64,000 bases of DNA, from the NCBI RefSeq assembly GCF_009914755.1, contig NC_060947.1. One strand, given 5' to 3'. Under the pieces are notes generated by a model. The model was given only the letters and a program-made list of their open reading frames with translations. It ran no database searches and was not told where the DNA came from. Below are positions 14,853 to 28,043 of this stretch, one piece after another (within the stretch, counting starts at the first letter, position 1; each line of letters opens with the position of its first letter). Source of the DNA: the human T2T-CHM13v2.0 reference genome, Homo sapiens. Made by a program: the position numbers and the translations under genes.

Positions 14853-15574
14853 GAAAGATAGGATAGCAAAGCAAATTCCTTAGCTAAGTAGTTACGGTTT
14901 AACCTTCAGTTTACTCAGCTTTTGCCTCTAGTTTCTCATTAGAGAATAATAATTAAACAAGTCTCCAAAATAATCACAATTCATACCATAAATGGATAAA
15001 TAATAATAATACTTGCCTTTAGTTCTTAATGTAAAACAGGTTTTGTGCTAAGTGCTGACTAAGCCTGAGAAACTTGAAAAGGGCTTCCTGGAGAAGGTGA
15101 CATTAGACTTATGTCTAAAAAGAAGTAAAAGGATTTTGACATATAAAAATGGAAAGAACATTCTAGGCCAAAGAAGTAACATATGCAAAGGAATGGAAGA
15201 ATAAACAAGCATGGTGTACTGGGAGAAATTCAGTGTTGGAAAGGTAACCTGGGCCAGATTTTAAAAGGTTCTGCTTACTTGATAAGGCTTTTGGACTTCA
15301 TCCTGAAGAAAACAGAGAATAATGGACAAATTTTATTCGGGATAGTGTCATGTTCAGCTTTCTGATTCAGAAAAGCATTCCACAGGTGAGATGGAAGGTG
15401 AAATGGAAGGGTAAGAGCATTTCAGGATAGGGGAGCAACGGGAGGCAGGAAACCAGGTTGAAGGTTACCACAAGAAAATTACTCGTAATGAGTAATGATT
15501 ATACAAATACTTATTATTTATTGAAGCCTAGTTATATGCCACCTGCTGTTCTATGGAAATAGCAGTGAATAAAC

Positions 15575-15680
15575 CATACCTACCTGAATCAAATCTCCAG
15601 GATTGGGTTCCCGATAACTGAGATTTTTGAAAGCTTCCTGGGTAATTTTTGATACACAGCAGGGTTTAGGAAGAACTGGG
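15575..15680. mobile_element. MER5-family fragment
   Basis: cctacctgaatcaaatctcc...tttttgaaagcttcctgggtaatt...ggtttaggaagaactg. Confidence 0.55.
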
Positions 15681-16065
15681 CCAGTATAGTGCCTCCTAAA
15701 TTTTATCAGTGAGCAGCAAATATTTCCTCATTTATCAAATCATCATTGAGCATCTATTATATAGCATTTAACAGAAAACAAGAAAAAAATGTAAGAAAAA
15801 CAGACAATCTTCTTACATTCTTGGGAAGCGTTTCCTTAAAAGAAGAGAATATCTCATGGCATGGGACTGGCTAAGGGGAGAAGCAGAGGGAGTTACTCTA
15901 GATCAGGTGGCTTATAATGGCTTTCGAGAGAAGGTAATGACTAAGAAAGAAGCAAGGGAAGGAAGGAATGATCAAATGGTGGTCATGTATACAGTCATGC
16001 ACTGCTTAACGGTGAGGAAATGCTCTGAGAAATACATCACTATGCAGTTTTTGTCATGGTGTGAA

Positions 16066-16373
16066 TTTTTTTTTTTTTTTTTTTTTTTTTGAGACAGAGT
16101 CTCGCTCTGTCGCCCAGGCTGTTGTGCAATGGCGCGACCTCGGCTGACTGCAACCTCCGCCTCCCAGGTTCGAGCAATTCTCCTGCCTCAGCCTCCTGAG
16201 TAGCTGGGACTACAGGCGCGCGTGTCACCACGCCCAGCTAATGTTTTGTATTTTTAGTAGAGACTGGGTTTCACTGTGTTAGCCAGGATGATCTCGATCT
16301 CCTGACCTCGTGATCTGCCCACCTCGGCCTTCCAAAGTGTTGGGATTACAGGCGTGAGCCACCGCACCCGGCC
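16066..16373 (-). mobile_element. AluSc-like
   Basis: gttagccaggatgatctcgatctcctgacctcgtgatc; TSD atggtgtgaat/atgatgtgaat. Confidence 0.92.
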
Positions 16374-17149
16374 ATGATGTGAATATTATAGTGTACTTAC
16401 ACAAACCTATAGCCTAGTACACACCTAGGCTATATGATATAGCCTATTGCTTCTAAGCTACAAGGCTGTACGGCATGTTGCTGTACTGAATACTGTAAGC
16501 AACTGTCACATGATGGTATCTATGTATCTAAATGTATCTAAACATAGAAGTGGTATAGTGAGAATGCACTATTCAGGATAAAACATGGTACACCTGTATA
16601 GGGCACTTAAAATGAATAAAGCTTGCAGAACTGAAGGTTTCTCTGGGTGAGTCAGTGAGTTAGTGGTGAGTGAATGTGAAGGCCTAAGACGTTGCTATAC
16701 ATTCCTGTAGACTTTACAAACACTGTACACTTAGGCTACATTAAATATATTAAAAATATTTTTCTTCCTTCGATAATAAATTAACCTTAGCTTCCTGTAA
16801 CATTTTACTTTTAAATTTTCTTTAACTTTTGATTCCTTTGTAATAACACTTAGCTTAAAGCACAAACACATTGTACAGCTGTACAAAAATAGTATTCTTT
16901 TTTATAGCCCTTTACTTTAAGCTTTTCATTCTATTTTTATTTTTTCTTTTTAAATATTTTGTTAAAAAATAAAACGCAAACACACACATTAGCCTAAGCC
17001 TACAGAGGGTCAGGTTCATCAGCATCACTGTCTTCCACCTCCACATCTTGTTCACTGGAACGTCTTCAGGGGAAATAACATACACGGAGCTGTCATCTCC
17101 TATGATAACAATTCCTTCTTCTGGACTACCTCCTAAAGGATCTGCCTGA

Positions 17150-17490
<341 letters not shown>

Positions 17491-18374
17491 CAGTTAACTT
17501 TTCTTTATGAGTGGAAGTATACTCTAAAATAACAGTAAAAGTATAGCATATTAAATACATAAACCAGTAACATAGTCATTTATCATCATCACCAGGTATT
17601 ATGTATTCTACATAATGGCATGTGATGTACTTTTATAGGACTGGCAGCTCAGTAGGTTTGCTTACACCAGCATCACAACAAACGTGACTAATGTTTTGCA
17701 CTACAATATTATGACAACTACGGCATTACTAACTGATAGGAATTTTCAGTTCTGTTTATTACCTTATAGAACCACCACTGTATTTATGGTCTGTCATTGA
17801 CTAATATGTCACTATGCAGTGCATAACTATATTAGTTGCTTGTAAGCGTGTCTTCATGAGTTGGGAATATGTTATGTTTTATATGCATGCTTATTTATTT
17901 GCAAAAGGATGCTTCTTCTAAACTCAAACTTAATGTGTGACTTTACATTCAGACATTCAGGAGCACATAAACACACAAATGCACAAGTGCACATACACGT
18001 GTATGCACACACACACTCATCTCATAGCATCTATTTAAGGCAGCCAAAATTGGACTGCTGTGGACATTATGAAATTTCCATTATAAGACAGTTTTAAGAA
18101 TTAAAGCCAAGATTTCTGAAGAATATTCTTCCTTCAAATACCAAAAAAACTAATGCCGATTTTAGAACAGACTACTACTAATAAATTTCAGGAGGCCTAT
18201 AGCCATGTCACAAAGTTTAATGGTATGATAGAAGAGTCAGGTAATCATAATTGTTATCAGTGGATGAAACACCTAAAATAATTTGCTATGCAAAAACTGT
18301 AATGATTTCTCAATTTAGGAATGAACAGCTAGTTTGTAGCTTCTTAAAGACAAATATATATATACATATATATT

Positions 18375-18600
18375 TTTTAAGTTGTTACATCATCCTGATT
18401 AATTGAGCCCTTTCTCATTAAATAATAACCTACTTTGTCTCTTTTAATAGTTTTTGATTTGAAGTATATTTTATCTAAGTCTAGCCACTCTTGCTTTCTT
18501 TTAGTTACCATTTGCATGGACTATCCTCTTCTATCCTTTTACTTTCAGTCTACCTGTTTTCTTCAGGTTAAAATGAATATATTATAGGAAGCATATAGAT
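18375..18600 (-). mobile_element. Inverted L1M ORF2 endonuclease-domain fragment
   Basis: Reverse complement reads as L1 EN region (agactgaaagtaaaagga...catgcaaatggtaac...aaagggctcaattaatcagga). Confidence 0.8.
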
Positions 18601-18719
18601 ATTAAATATATATATATATTACATTAAATATATGTATATTTAAGTTGTTACATCCTCCTGATTAATTGTATATATATTTAATATGTATATATATAAAGTT
18701 GTCACATAAATATATATAT

Positions 18720-20043
18720 ATATGCAGTCATCATAGCACCTAAATATACAAAGCAAATATGAACAGACAAATGGAGAAATAAATAGCAATATGATAATAG
18801 TAGAGGACTTCAGTATTCCACTATCAACAATGGACAGATCATCCAGACACAAAATTAGTAAGGAAATACTGGAATTGAATTGTACTTTAGGCAAAATGGA
18901 CCTTAAAGATCCTTAAAGGACCTTAAAGATATATACAGAACTTTCCTTCTAACAACAGCAAAATACACATTCTTCTCTACTGCACATCGAACTTTATTTA
19001 GGACAGACCATACAAGAGGCCACAAAACAACTCTTTTCAAATTTAGGAAGATTAAAATCATACGAAGTATTGTTTCCAACAAAAATGATATGAAACTAGA
19101 AATCAATGACGAGAAATGTTTGAAAATTCACAAATAGGTGGAAATTAAATGACATGCTCCTGAATAGCCAGTGTCTCAAAGAAGAAATTAAAAGGGAAAT
19201 TAAAAAATAACTTGAGACAAATGAAAATGAAAACACAACATGCCTAAACCTGTGGGATGCAGCAAAAGCAGTTCTAAGAGGTAAGTTTATAGCAAAAAAA
19301 TGCCTAGATTAAAAAAGAAGAAAGTTCCCAAATGGTCTAATATTACACCTCAAGAAACTAGAAATAGAAGAACTAAACCCAAACCTAGCAGAGGGAAAAA
19401 AATAAAGATCAGAGTAGAAATAAATAAAATAAAGAATAATCATTTAAAAAGTCAAAACTAAGTTATTTTATGGAAAAAAATTATATATCATGATCAAATA
19501 GGATTTATTCTTGGTATGCAAATTTGTTAAACATATGTAAATAAATCAATGTGATGCATTACATTAACAGACTGAGAGACAATCATATGATCATATCGAT
19601 TAATGCAAAAGAAGTATTTGACAAAGTTCAACATACTTTCTTAATAAAATCTCCTAGCACTCTATGTATAGAAGGAAAGTTCCTCAACATAATCAAGGAC
19701 ATTTATGGAAAACACACAGCTAACATTATAATCAATGAGGAGAAACTGGAAGTTTTCCACCTGAGATCTACAGTGCAAGGATGTTCATTTTCACCACTTC
19801 CATTCAACATAGTACTGGAAGTTCTAGCCAGAGCAATTAGGCAAGAAAAAGAAATAAAAGGTCTACAAATCAGAAACGAAGAGGTAAAACTATCTGTTTT
19901 TGCAGATTACATAATCCTTTATATAGATAATCCTAAAGATTCTGCCAAAAAACTGTTATGTATAATAAATGTATTCAGTACAGCTGCAGAATATAAAATC
20001 AATATACACAAATCTGTGGCATTTCTATACACAAACAACAATC
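18720..20043 (+). mobile_element. L1MA ORF2 (EN to RT), left part, with an internal deletion at ~19480
   Basis: ORF 19551-20105 carries RT motifs ([37 protein letters not shown]). Confidence 0.9.
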
Positions 20044-20162
20044 CGGACAATCAGTTGTCTCTAACATTGGACAATGGTGGGGGTAGCTTTCCAGATTGTT
20101 GTTAATTTAGAAAATAAGCAAAACATGTCTTGATAATATAAAACCTTGCCAGGAAGGTTTAT

Positions 20163-23118
20163 GAGGGCAAGATGGCTGACTAAGCACAGCCAGGTGAAAA
20201 GGCTCTCACCGAGGCACTAAGACAATAGGTGTGCTTTTAACAGATCTTTAGAGGGAAGGCACCAAGAGTGGATGGAGGGAAGACACAGAAGCTGGACTGA
20301 AGGCAGAGAAAGCTGGGAACCCTGCCTGGGGCTACCGAGCACTGGAACTCATTTTGAGGCCACAACAGCTCCGAGGAAATGGGTGAGTTAAATTGGCAGG
20401 GAGCAACCCGTTCTTGCCACAAGCCTCTGGAACCCTGGCAGGAGGAGACCACTCGACCACCATGGACACTCCAGTTGGTAGGGAATGCTGCTCAGAGAAG
20501 TGGTAGGGGCAGCAAGCCGGGTGATGTGGATCCCTGAGAGTTTGATGTGGGAGCATCTATAGTAGAGCACAGCCATGGACAGCCATCCCCCTAGGCTCAA
20601 CTTGCTCCCATAGGAGACAAGTCCTATGGGAACTGTTGGAACCGATTATCTTGCCCATCATATGGGGCTGATCTGACCCGAGCACCCCTTGTTTGGCTGG
20701 CCTCTTCCAGAGCTCCAACCTGGCCAGACTTGCTTACAGGACAGTCTTGGGCACCCTGGAAGCCTGCACCTTAGCTTCTGCACTGGCGGACCATGCCTGA
20801 CCAGTGGACAGCTCCAGTGAGGTGGCCCTATGGCCATGCACCAGCCCACCTGCTCCCTCCCCATACTGCAGCTTCCCAATAGATGCAGAAGAGGATTTCG
20901 ATAAAATTCAACACCCTTTCATGTTAGACTCTCAATAAACTAGGTATTGAAGGAACATACCTCAAAATACTAAGAGCTATCTAAGACAAACCCATAGCCA
21001 GCATCATATTGAATGGGCAAAAGCTGAGAGTATTTCCCTTGAAAATCGGCACAAGACAAGGATGCCCTCTCTCACCATACCTATTCAACATAGTATTGGA
21101 AGTCCTGGCCAAGGCAATCAAGCAAGAGAAAGAAACAAAGGGAATCCAAATAATAAGAGAGGAAGTCAAACTATTACTGTTTACAGACAACATGATCCTA
21201 TATCTATAAAACTCCATAATCTCAGCCCAAAAGCTGCTGAAGCTGATAAGCAACTTCAGCAAAATATCAGGATACAAAATCAATATGCAAAAATCACTAA
21301 CATTTCTATACACCAAAAGTAGTCAAGTCAAGAGCCAAATCAGGAATGCAATACCATTCACAATTACCACAAAAGAATAAAATACCTAGGAATACAATTA
21401 ACCAGGGAGGTGAAAGATCCCTACAATGAGAACTACAAAGCACTGCCAAAGAAATCAGAGATGATACAAGCAAATGGAAAATCATTCCGTGTTTATGGAT
21501 AAAAAGAACCAATATCATAAAATGGCCATACTGCCTAAAGCAATCTATAAATTAAATGCTATTTCTAATAACTATCACTGAAACTCTTCACAGAACTAGA
21601 TAAAACTATTTTGAAATTCATATAGAATCGGAAAAGAGTCCAAATAGCCAAAGCAATCCTAACCAAAAAAGAAAAAAGCTGGAGGCATCACACTACCTGA
21701 CTTCAAATTATACTGCAGAGCTGCAGTAACCAAAATAGCATGGTACTGGTACAAAAAGAAACATGTAGACCAATGGAACAGAACAGAGAACTGAGAAAGA
21801 AGACCACACACCTACCACTATCTGATCTTTGACAAACCTGACAAAAACAAGCAATGGGGGAAGTATTCCCTGCTCAATAAATGATGTTGGGATAACTGAC
21901 TAGCCATATGCAGAAGATTGAAACTGGACCCTTTCCTTACGCCATATACAAAAATTAACCGAAGATGGATTAAAGACTTAAATGTAAAACTCAAAACTAT
22001 ACAAACCCTGAAAGACAACCCAGACAATATCATTCAGGACATAGAAATGGGTAAAGATTTCATGACAAAGACACCAGAAGCAATTGCAACAAAAGCAAAA
22101 ATTGACAAATGGGATCTAATTAAACTAAAGAGCTTCTGCACAGCAAAAAGGAACTATCAACACAGTAAACAGGCAACCTACAGAGTGGAATAATTTTTTT
22201 CCAAACTATGCATCTGACAAAAGTCTTATACCCAGCATCTATAAGGAACTTTAAACAATTTACAGAAAAAAGCAAACAACCCTGTTAAAAAGTGGACAAA
22301 GGACATGAACAGACACTTTGCAAAAGAAGACATACATGCAGCCAACAAGCATATGAAAAAAAGCTCAACATCACTGATCATTAGAGAAATGCAAATCAAA
22401 ACCACAATGAGATACCATCTCACACCAGTCAGAATGGCTATTATTAAAACTTTTAAAAATAAGAAGTGCTGTTGAGGTTGCAGAGAGAAAAGAAATGCTG
22501 ATACACTGTTGGTGGGAGGGTAAATTAGTTCAAACCATTGTGAAAGGCAGTGTCGTGATTCCTCAAAGACCTAGAGGCAGAAATACCATTTGTCTCAGCA
22601 ATCTCATTACTGAGTATATACCCAAAGGAATATAAATCATTCTGTTATAAAGATACATGCACGTGTATGTTCACTGCAGCACTATTCACAATAGCAAAGA
22701 CATGGAATCAACCTAAATGCCCATCAGTAAGAGACTGGATAAAGAAAATGTGGCACATATACACCATGGAATACTATGCAGCCATAAAAGGAACAAGATT
22801 AGGACTTTTGTGGGACTTTCATTCTTAGCAAATTAACACAGGAACAGAAAACCAAATATGACTTGTTCTCACTTATAAGTAGAAGCCAAATTATGAGAAC
22901 ACATGGACACATAGAGGGGAACAACACACACTGGACCTATTGGAGGGTGGAAGGTGGGAGGAGGGAGAGGGTCAGAAAAAATAACTATTGGGTACTATGC
23001 TTAATACGTGGGTGATGAAATAATCTGTACTGCAAACCCTCATAACACAATTTACCTATGTAACAAACTTGCACATCTTTCCCTAAACTTAAAATAAAGG
23101 TAAAAAAAATTAAAATAA
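20163..23118 (+). mobile_element. L1PA13-15-like element: 5'UTR joined directly to mid-ORF2, with complete 3' end
   Basis: GC-rich 5'UTR starting gagggcaagatggctgact; ORF2 RT/C-terminal remnants 20878-22880; 3'UTR and A-tail to ~23118. Confidence 0.9.
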
Positions 23119-24926
23119 AATCTACCTGAAAAAAACTTTTAAGAAAATCCCATTTACAACAGCATCACGAAAATAAAATATTTAAAAATAAATTTAACTA
23201 GGAAGGTAAAAGACCTGTATAGTTAAAACTGAAACAATGATGAAAGAAATTGAAAGAGATACAAATAAATGGAAAAATATTCCTTGTTCATGAATCAAAA
23301 TTAGCATTATTAAATGTCAATACTACTGAAAACAATTTATAGATCCAATTTATTCCCTGTCAAAATTCCAATGTCATTTTTACAGAAATAGAAAAACAAT
23401 TCCAAAATTCATATGGACCTATAAAAGAACCTGAATAGCCAAGATAATCTTGAGGAAAAAGAAGAAAGCCACAGTCATCACACTACTTGACTTAAAACTA
23501 CATTACAAGGCTATAGTAATCAAAACAGCATAATACTGGCTTAAAATTGGACATGTTGTCCAATCGAACAGAAAAGAGCCCATAAATGAATCCTCACATT
23601 TATGGCCAATGGATTTTTGACAAAGTTGACAAGAAAATACATTGGTAAAAGGACAATCTCTTCAAATAAGGGTGTTGGGAAAACTGGATATCCAAGTGCA
23701 GGAGACAAAAATTGGACCTTAACCCCACAGCATGTTAAAAAAAGTCAATTCAAAATGGATTAAAGACTTAAATGTAAGACAAGAAACTAAAACTACTAGC
23801 AGAAACACAGGAAAAAAGCTGCATGTCATTTGTCTGGGCAACTATTTATTTTATTTGACTCCTAAAATACAGGCAACTAATATAAAAACAGACAAATAGG
23901 ATTGTATGAAGCTAAAAAGCTTCTGCACAGTAAAGGAAAGAATCAACAGAATGAAAGAGACAATTGGGACAATTTCTCCCAATTAATAGAATTAGGAGGA
24001 AATATTTGCTAACCATATATCTGATAAGGGGTTAATATCCAAAATACAGAAGGAACTCAAACATCTCATTAGCTAGGAAAGAAATAACCCAGTTAACAAT
24101 GGGCAAAGCACCTAAATGGACATATCTCAAAAAATACATTCAAATGGCCAACAGATATATTTAAAAATGCTCAATATCACTAATTATCAGGGGAATGCAA
24201 ATTAAAACCACAATGAGTTGCCACCTCACACCTGTTAGGATAGCTATTATGAAAAAGATGAAAGAAAAAGTGTTGGCGAAGATGTGGAGAAAAGGGAATA
24301 TTTGTATGTTGGTGGTGGGAATATAAAGTAGTATAGCCATCATGGAAAACTTTGAAGGGTCCTCAAAAAACTGAAAATACAACTACCATATAATCCAGCA
24401 ATTCCACTTCTGTGCATATATCCAAATAATTTGAAATCAGTGTATCAAAGAAATATCTGCATTTTCATGTTCATTGCAGCATTATTCACAATAGCCAAGA
24501 TATGGAACCAACTAAGTGCTCATTGACAGATGACTGAATAAAGAAACTGTGGCATATGTACATAATGAAATACTATTCAGCCTTCAAAAAGAAGGAAATT
24601 TTGTCATTTGTGACAAAATGTATGAACCTGGAGGACACTATGCCAAGTTAAATAAACCAGACCAAGAAAGACAAATACCACATGATCTCATTTATGTATG
24701 GAATCTAAAACAATTTAAATCATAAAACTGGAGAGTAGAATGGTGGTTACCGGAGCCAAGGGGCTGGGATGAATGGAAAGATGTTGATCAAAGGGTACAA
24801 AGTTTCAGTTAGACAGGGGAATAAATTTTTTGAGATCTATTGAACAGCTGTGGTAACTGCAGTTAATAGTTGTATATTTCAAAATTGCTAAGAAAGTACA
24901 TTTCAAATGTTCTCACTACAAAAAAA
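23119..24926 (+). mobile_element. L1MA ORF2 3' part and 3'UTR, continuation of 18720-20043
   Basis: Resumes at the ORF2 position interrupted at 20043 (tctacctgaaaaa...cccatttac); L1MA-type 3'UTR (aaagggtacaaagtttcagttagacag, aaatgttctcactacaaaa). Confidence 0.9.
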
Positions 24927-25309
24927 TTTCAATAATTGCTACAAAAATAGGCTTTAAAGATGCTACAGGATGCAAAAGTATTTTATATTTATTTTCAAAG
25001 GATAATAAATATAAATACTCTGGTGCCCAAATGCAGTTAATTACATTATATCTAGACATCTCAATTTTGTAAAGTACTTTCTCTTTTTGTGTTTGCTCCA
25101 TTTGTTAATCACCAGGAAAAAGCACATGCATGTTGCCTAGGTGATAAAGTTTTTTTCAAATATGATAATTATCGCAAACATTCAGATTAATGATTGAACT
25201 TAATATATGCATTGAAACAAAACTGATACATTGTAAGGCTTAGTTTTATTACGATAGAATAAAAACAACCACTTGAGCCTCTAACAGTATTATTAATAAT
25301 AGTCATTAT

Positions 25310-25530
25310 GATAATAATAGCTAACATTTATGAAGTGCCTGTTATAGTAAAAGACACCATACTAAATGCTTCATATGCATGATCATATTTTTTCTTCACT
25401 CTAACCCTATGAGGCAGTTACCATCACCTATCTCCATTTTTCCAAAGGAAGAAACTAAAGTTAAATATTTTATGCAAGATCATTCATCTACCAAGTGGGA
25501 TTTGACTGCATGCTGTCTGATCCATGCACT
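25310..25530 (-). mobile_element. MIR
   Basis: aataatagctaacatttatgaagtgcct...accctatgaggcag...ccattttccaaaggaagaaactaa. Confidence 0.7.
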
Positions 25531-25728
25531 AAATGCTTACCTAGCATACGGTACCACCTCCTCTACAGAGAAAACTGAGGTGACACCTTATGTCTCTCCA
25601 AGAACTCTGAATTTGGTAGGTTTTGAGAAATTCTGGCATCAATATTTCTGGCTCAAAGCAGAATGCAATAATTTCCAGGAATTATTCCCTTTTCTACGCC
25701 TAACTGTTCTCCTGGAACAACAATGGAG

Positions 25729-25754
25729 ATACACACATACACACACACACACAC
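25729..25754. repeat. (CA)n microsatellite
   Basis: Directly visible. Confidence 0.85.
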
Positions 25755-25929
25755 AGTTTAACACATTATTTCTGACTGGATAATACGGGAAGACTTATGG
25801 AGGAAGTGATATTTGAGCTAGATTTTCAAGAATGGAAAGGACACCTACAGAAAAATACGAGGGGGAAAGTTACAGAAAGAGGGAACAAGAAATAAGACAC
25901 GGAAATGAGACTATAGAAAGAAAAAATTC

Positions 25930-26249
<320 letters not shown>

Positions 26250-26597
26250 TCATTCAACAGATACCTATACTGAGAACTATACTGAGAATGTACCATATAC
26301 TAGACATTCTTCTACTCCTGGAGGACAGAGCTGCAAACAAAATCTCTAAAGATCTGACATAATCTGACATGGAACTTGTACATTTAAATCAGAGGAAATA
26401 TTCACCAAAAAGTTAAAAAAAAAAAAAGGAAGACAGTCAGCAATCATAAATAATATGCAGATAATTAAAATAATTATCTGAGATAATTGAGATAGAGATG
26501 GAGAGGGTGCTACTTAGATTAGGTGAGAACAGAAAGCTCTCTGAAGACACTTACCAAATTAGGGTAAAAAGTTCTCTCCTCTTGCACCCAGTATTTT

Positions 26598-27205
26598 TGT
26601 TTAATGAGGTCAAGTCTCATGCCCTCCAAAGCAGAAATCAAGTGGTAAATGTGTGGAAGTTGGTGATAAATTCCTCGTCTTACACCCAGTGAGCTCCTGT
26701 TTTAGGTAATTGGTCCTGGGATGCATTAACCCTACAGTAGATGAGATGGATCGATGTCCTTGGGGGTATTCTAAACCAGGCGTGTGGGGCTTTTTTGGGA
26801 GCGGTGCTGGCGGAGCCCATACAGTACCTTTAAGGAGCTCCCTTTATCATTCTGGCCATGTGATCCAAGTGCATCAGAACACAATCATACCACATGGTTG
26901 TACCAGTGCTGGAGACTAGGTTTTCTCTGAACCAGGAGTCACACTGCCTACTCAGTTCTCTCTTTGTCCTTCCTTGTAATCTTCAACTTGTTCTTGTCCT
27001 AGTGTCTTTGCCTCATAATTTCAACTTTACACCCTTTCTGTTTCACATGTGATCTAAGCATTTCTTGTGATAATACTACTCTGCTCTCCACTGTAGTTGA
27101 ATAAAGTATCCAGGCTGTGACCCTCCAGACTTGAGCCATCCTCAAGTGCCCTCTTTCCCCTATATGCTGACTTCATGGGGATAGCTTTTCACCTGGCCTG
27201 TTTCA
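26598..27205 (+). mobile_element. Possible ancient solo LTR (family not recognised)
   Basis: About 600 bp, more GC-rich than flanks, bounded by TG...CA, with AATAAA at 27100 about 100 bp from the end. Confidence 0.3.
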
Positions 27206-27239
27206 GCCTTGACACTTTGATGATAATGGTAGCAATGTA

Positions 27240-27440
27240 GCTATAACATTTGTTTACTGAGCACCTACTATGTGCCAGTCTTCTCAACAGCCCTGTGAGT
27301 GAGGTATTATTATTCCAATTTCATAGCTGAGGAAATCAGGCACAGACATTTGAAGAACTGCTCAAAGATCACAGGACTTATAATTGAGGGAATGTGGCTT
27401 CAGATGGAAGTGGGCCTGAAGCCAAAGCCTGTGCTCCTAA
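27240..27440 (-). mobile_element. MIR
   Basis: tttactgagcacctactatgtgccag...acagccctgtgag...tgaggaaatcaggcacaga. Confidence 0.75.
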
Positions 27441-27633
27441 CCAATATTCAACATGAAAACCACTTGTTTGGGGGAAGAATAAATGTGAACAACCAAGGCT
27501 AACAATCCACTGGGTGCTGGTTCTCTTAAATACTCAGCACTTTACCAAAAGAATTTCTAGTTACTTTTAAGAAATGCAATTCAAATACCAAATCAACAAC
27601 AAAATCACATATGCATACACATTACACACACAC

Positions 27634-28005
27634 AGGTATGTACTGAATGTTTTTAGTCCCCCTGCCTCCCCAAAAAATGTTAACATTATAATGCCCAATG
27701 TGACAGTATTAGAAGATGAGGGACTTGGGAGGTGCTTTGGTTATGAGAACAGAGCCTTCAGGAATTGCACTAGTGCCCTTATAAAAGAGGCCCCAGAGAG
27801 CTCTCTTGCCCTTTCTACCATGTGAGGACAAAATGAGAAGATGGTTACTTATGAACAAGTAAAACGGCCCTCACTAAACACTGAATCTGTCTGCACCTTG
27901 ATCTTGGGCTTCCCCACCTCCAGAACTTTAAGAAATAAATTTCTCTTGTTTATTAGCCACCTGGATTATGGTATTGTGTTATAGCTGCTGGAATGGACTA
28001 AGACA
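27634..28005 (+). mobile_element. Solo MLT1A-type MaLR LTR
   Basis: cccaatgtgacagtatt...gcccttataaaagaggccccagagagct...ccttgatcttgggcttcc...aaataaatttct...ggactaagaca. Confidence 0.88.
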
Positions 28006-28043
28006 CACACATACACACACAAACACACATACACACACATACA
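28004..28043. repeat. Imperfect (CA)n
   Basis: Directly visible. Confidence 0.8.

Noticed and set aside
20163-20877. GC-rich block with several ORFs resembling a promoter or first exon
   Set aside because: Explained as an older L1PA 5'UTR with decayed CpGs
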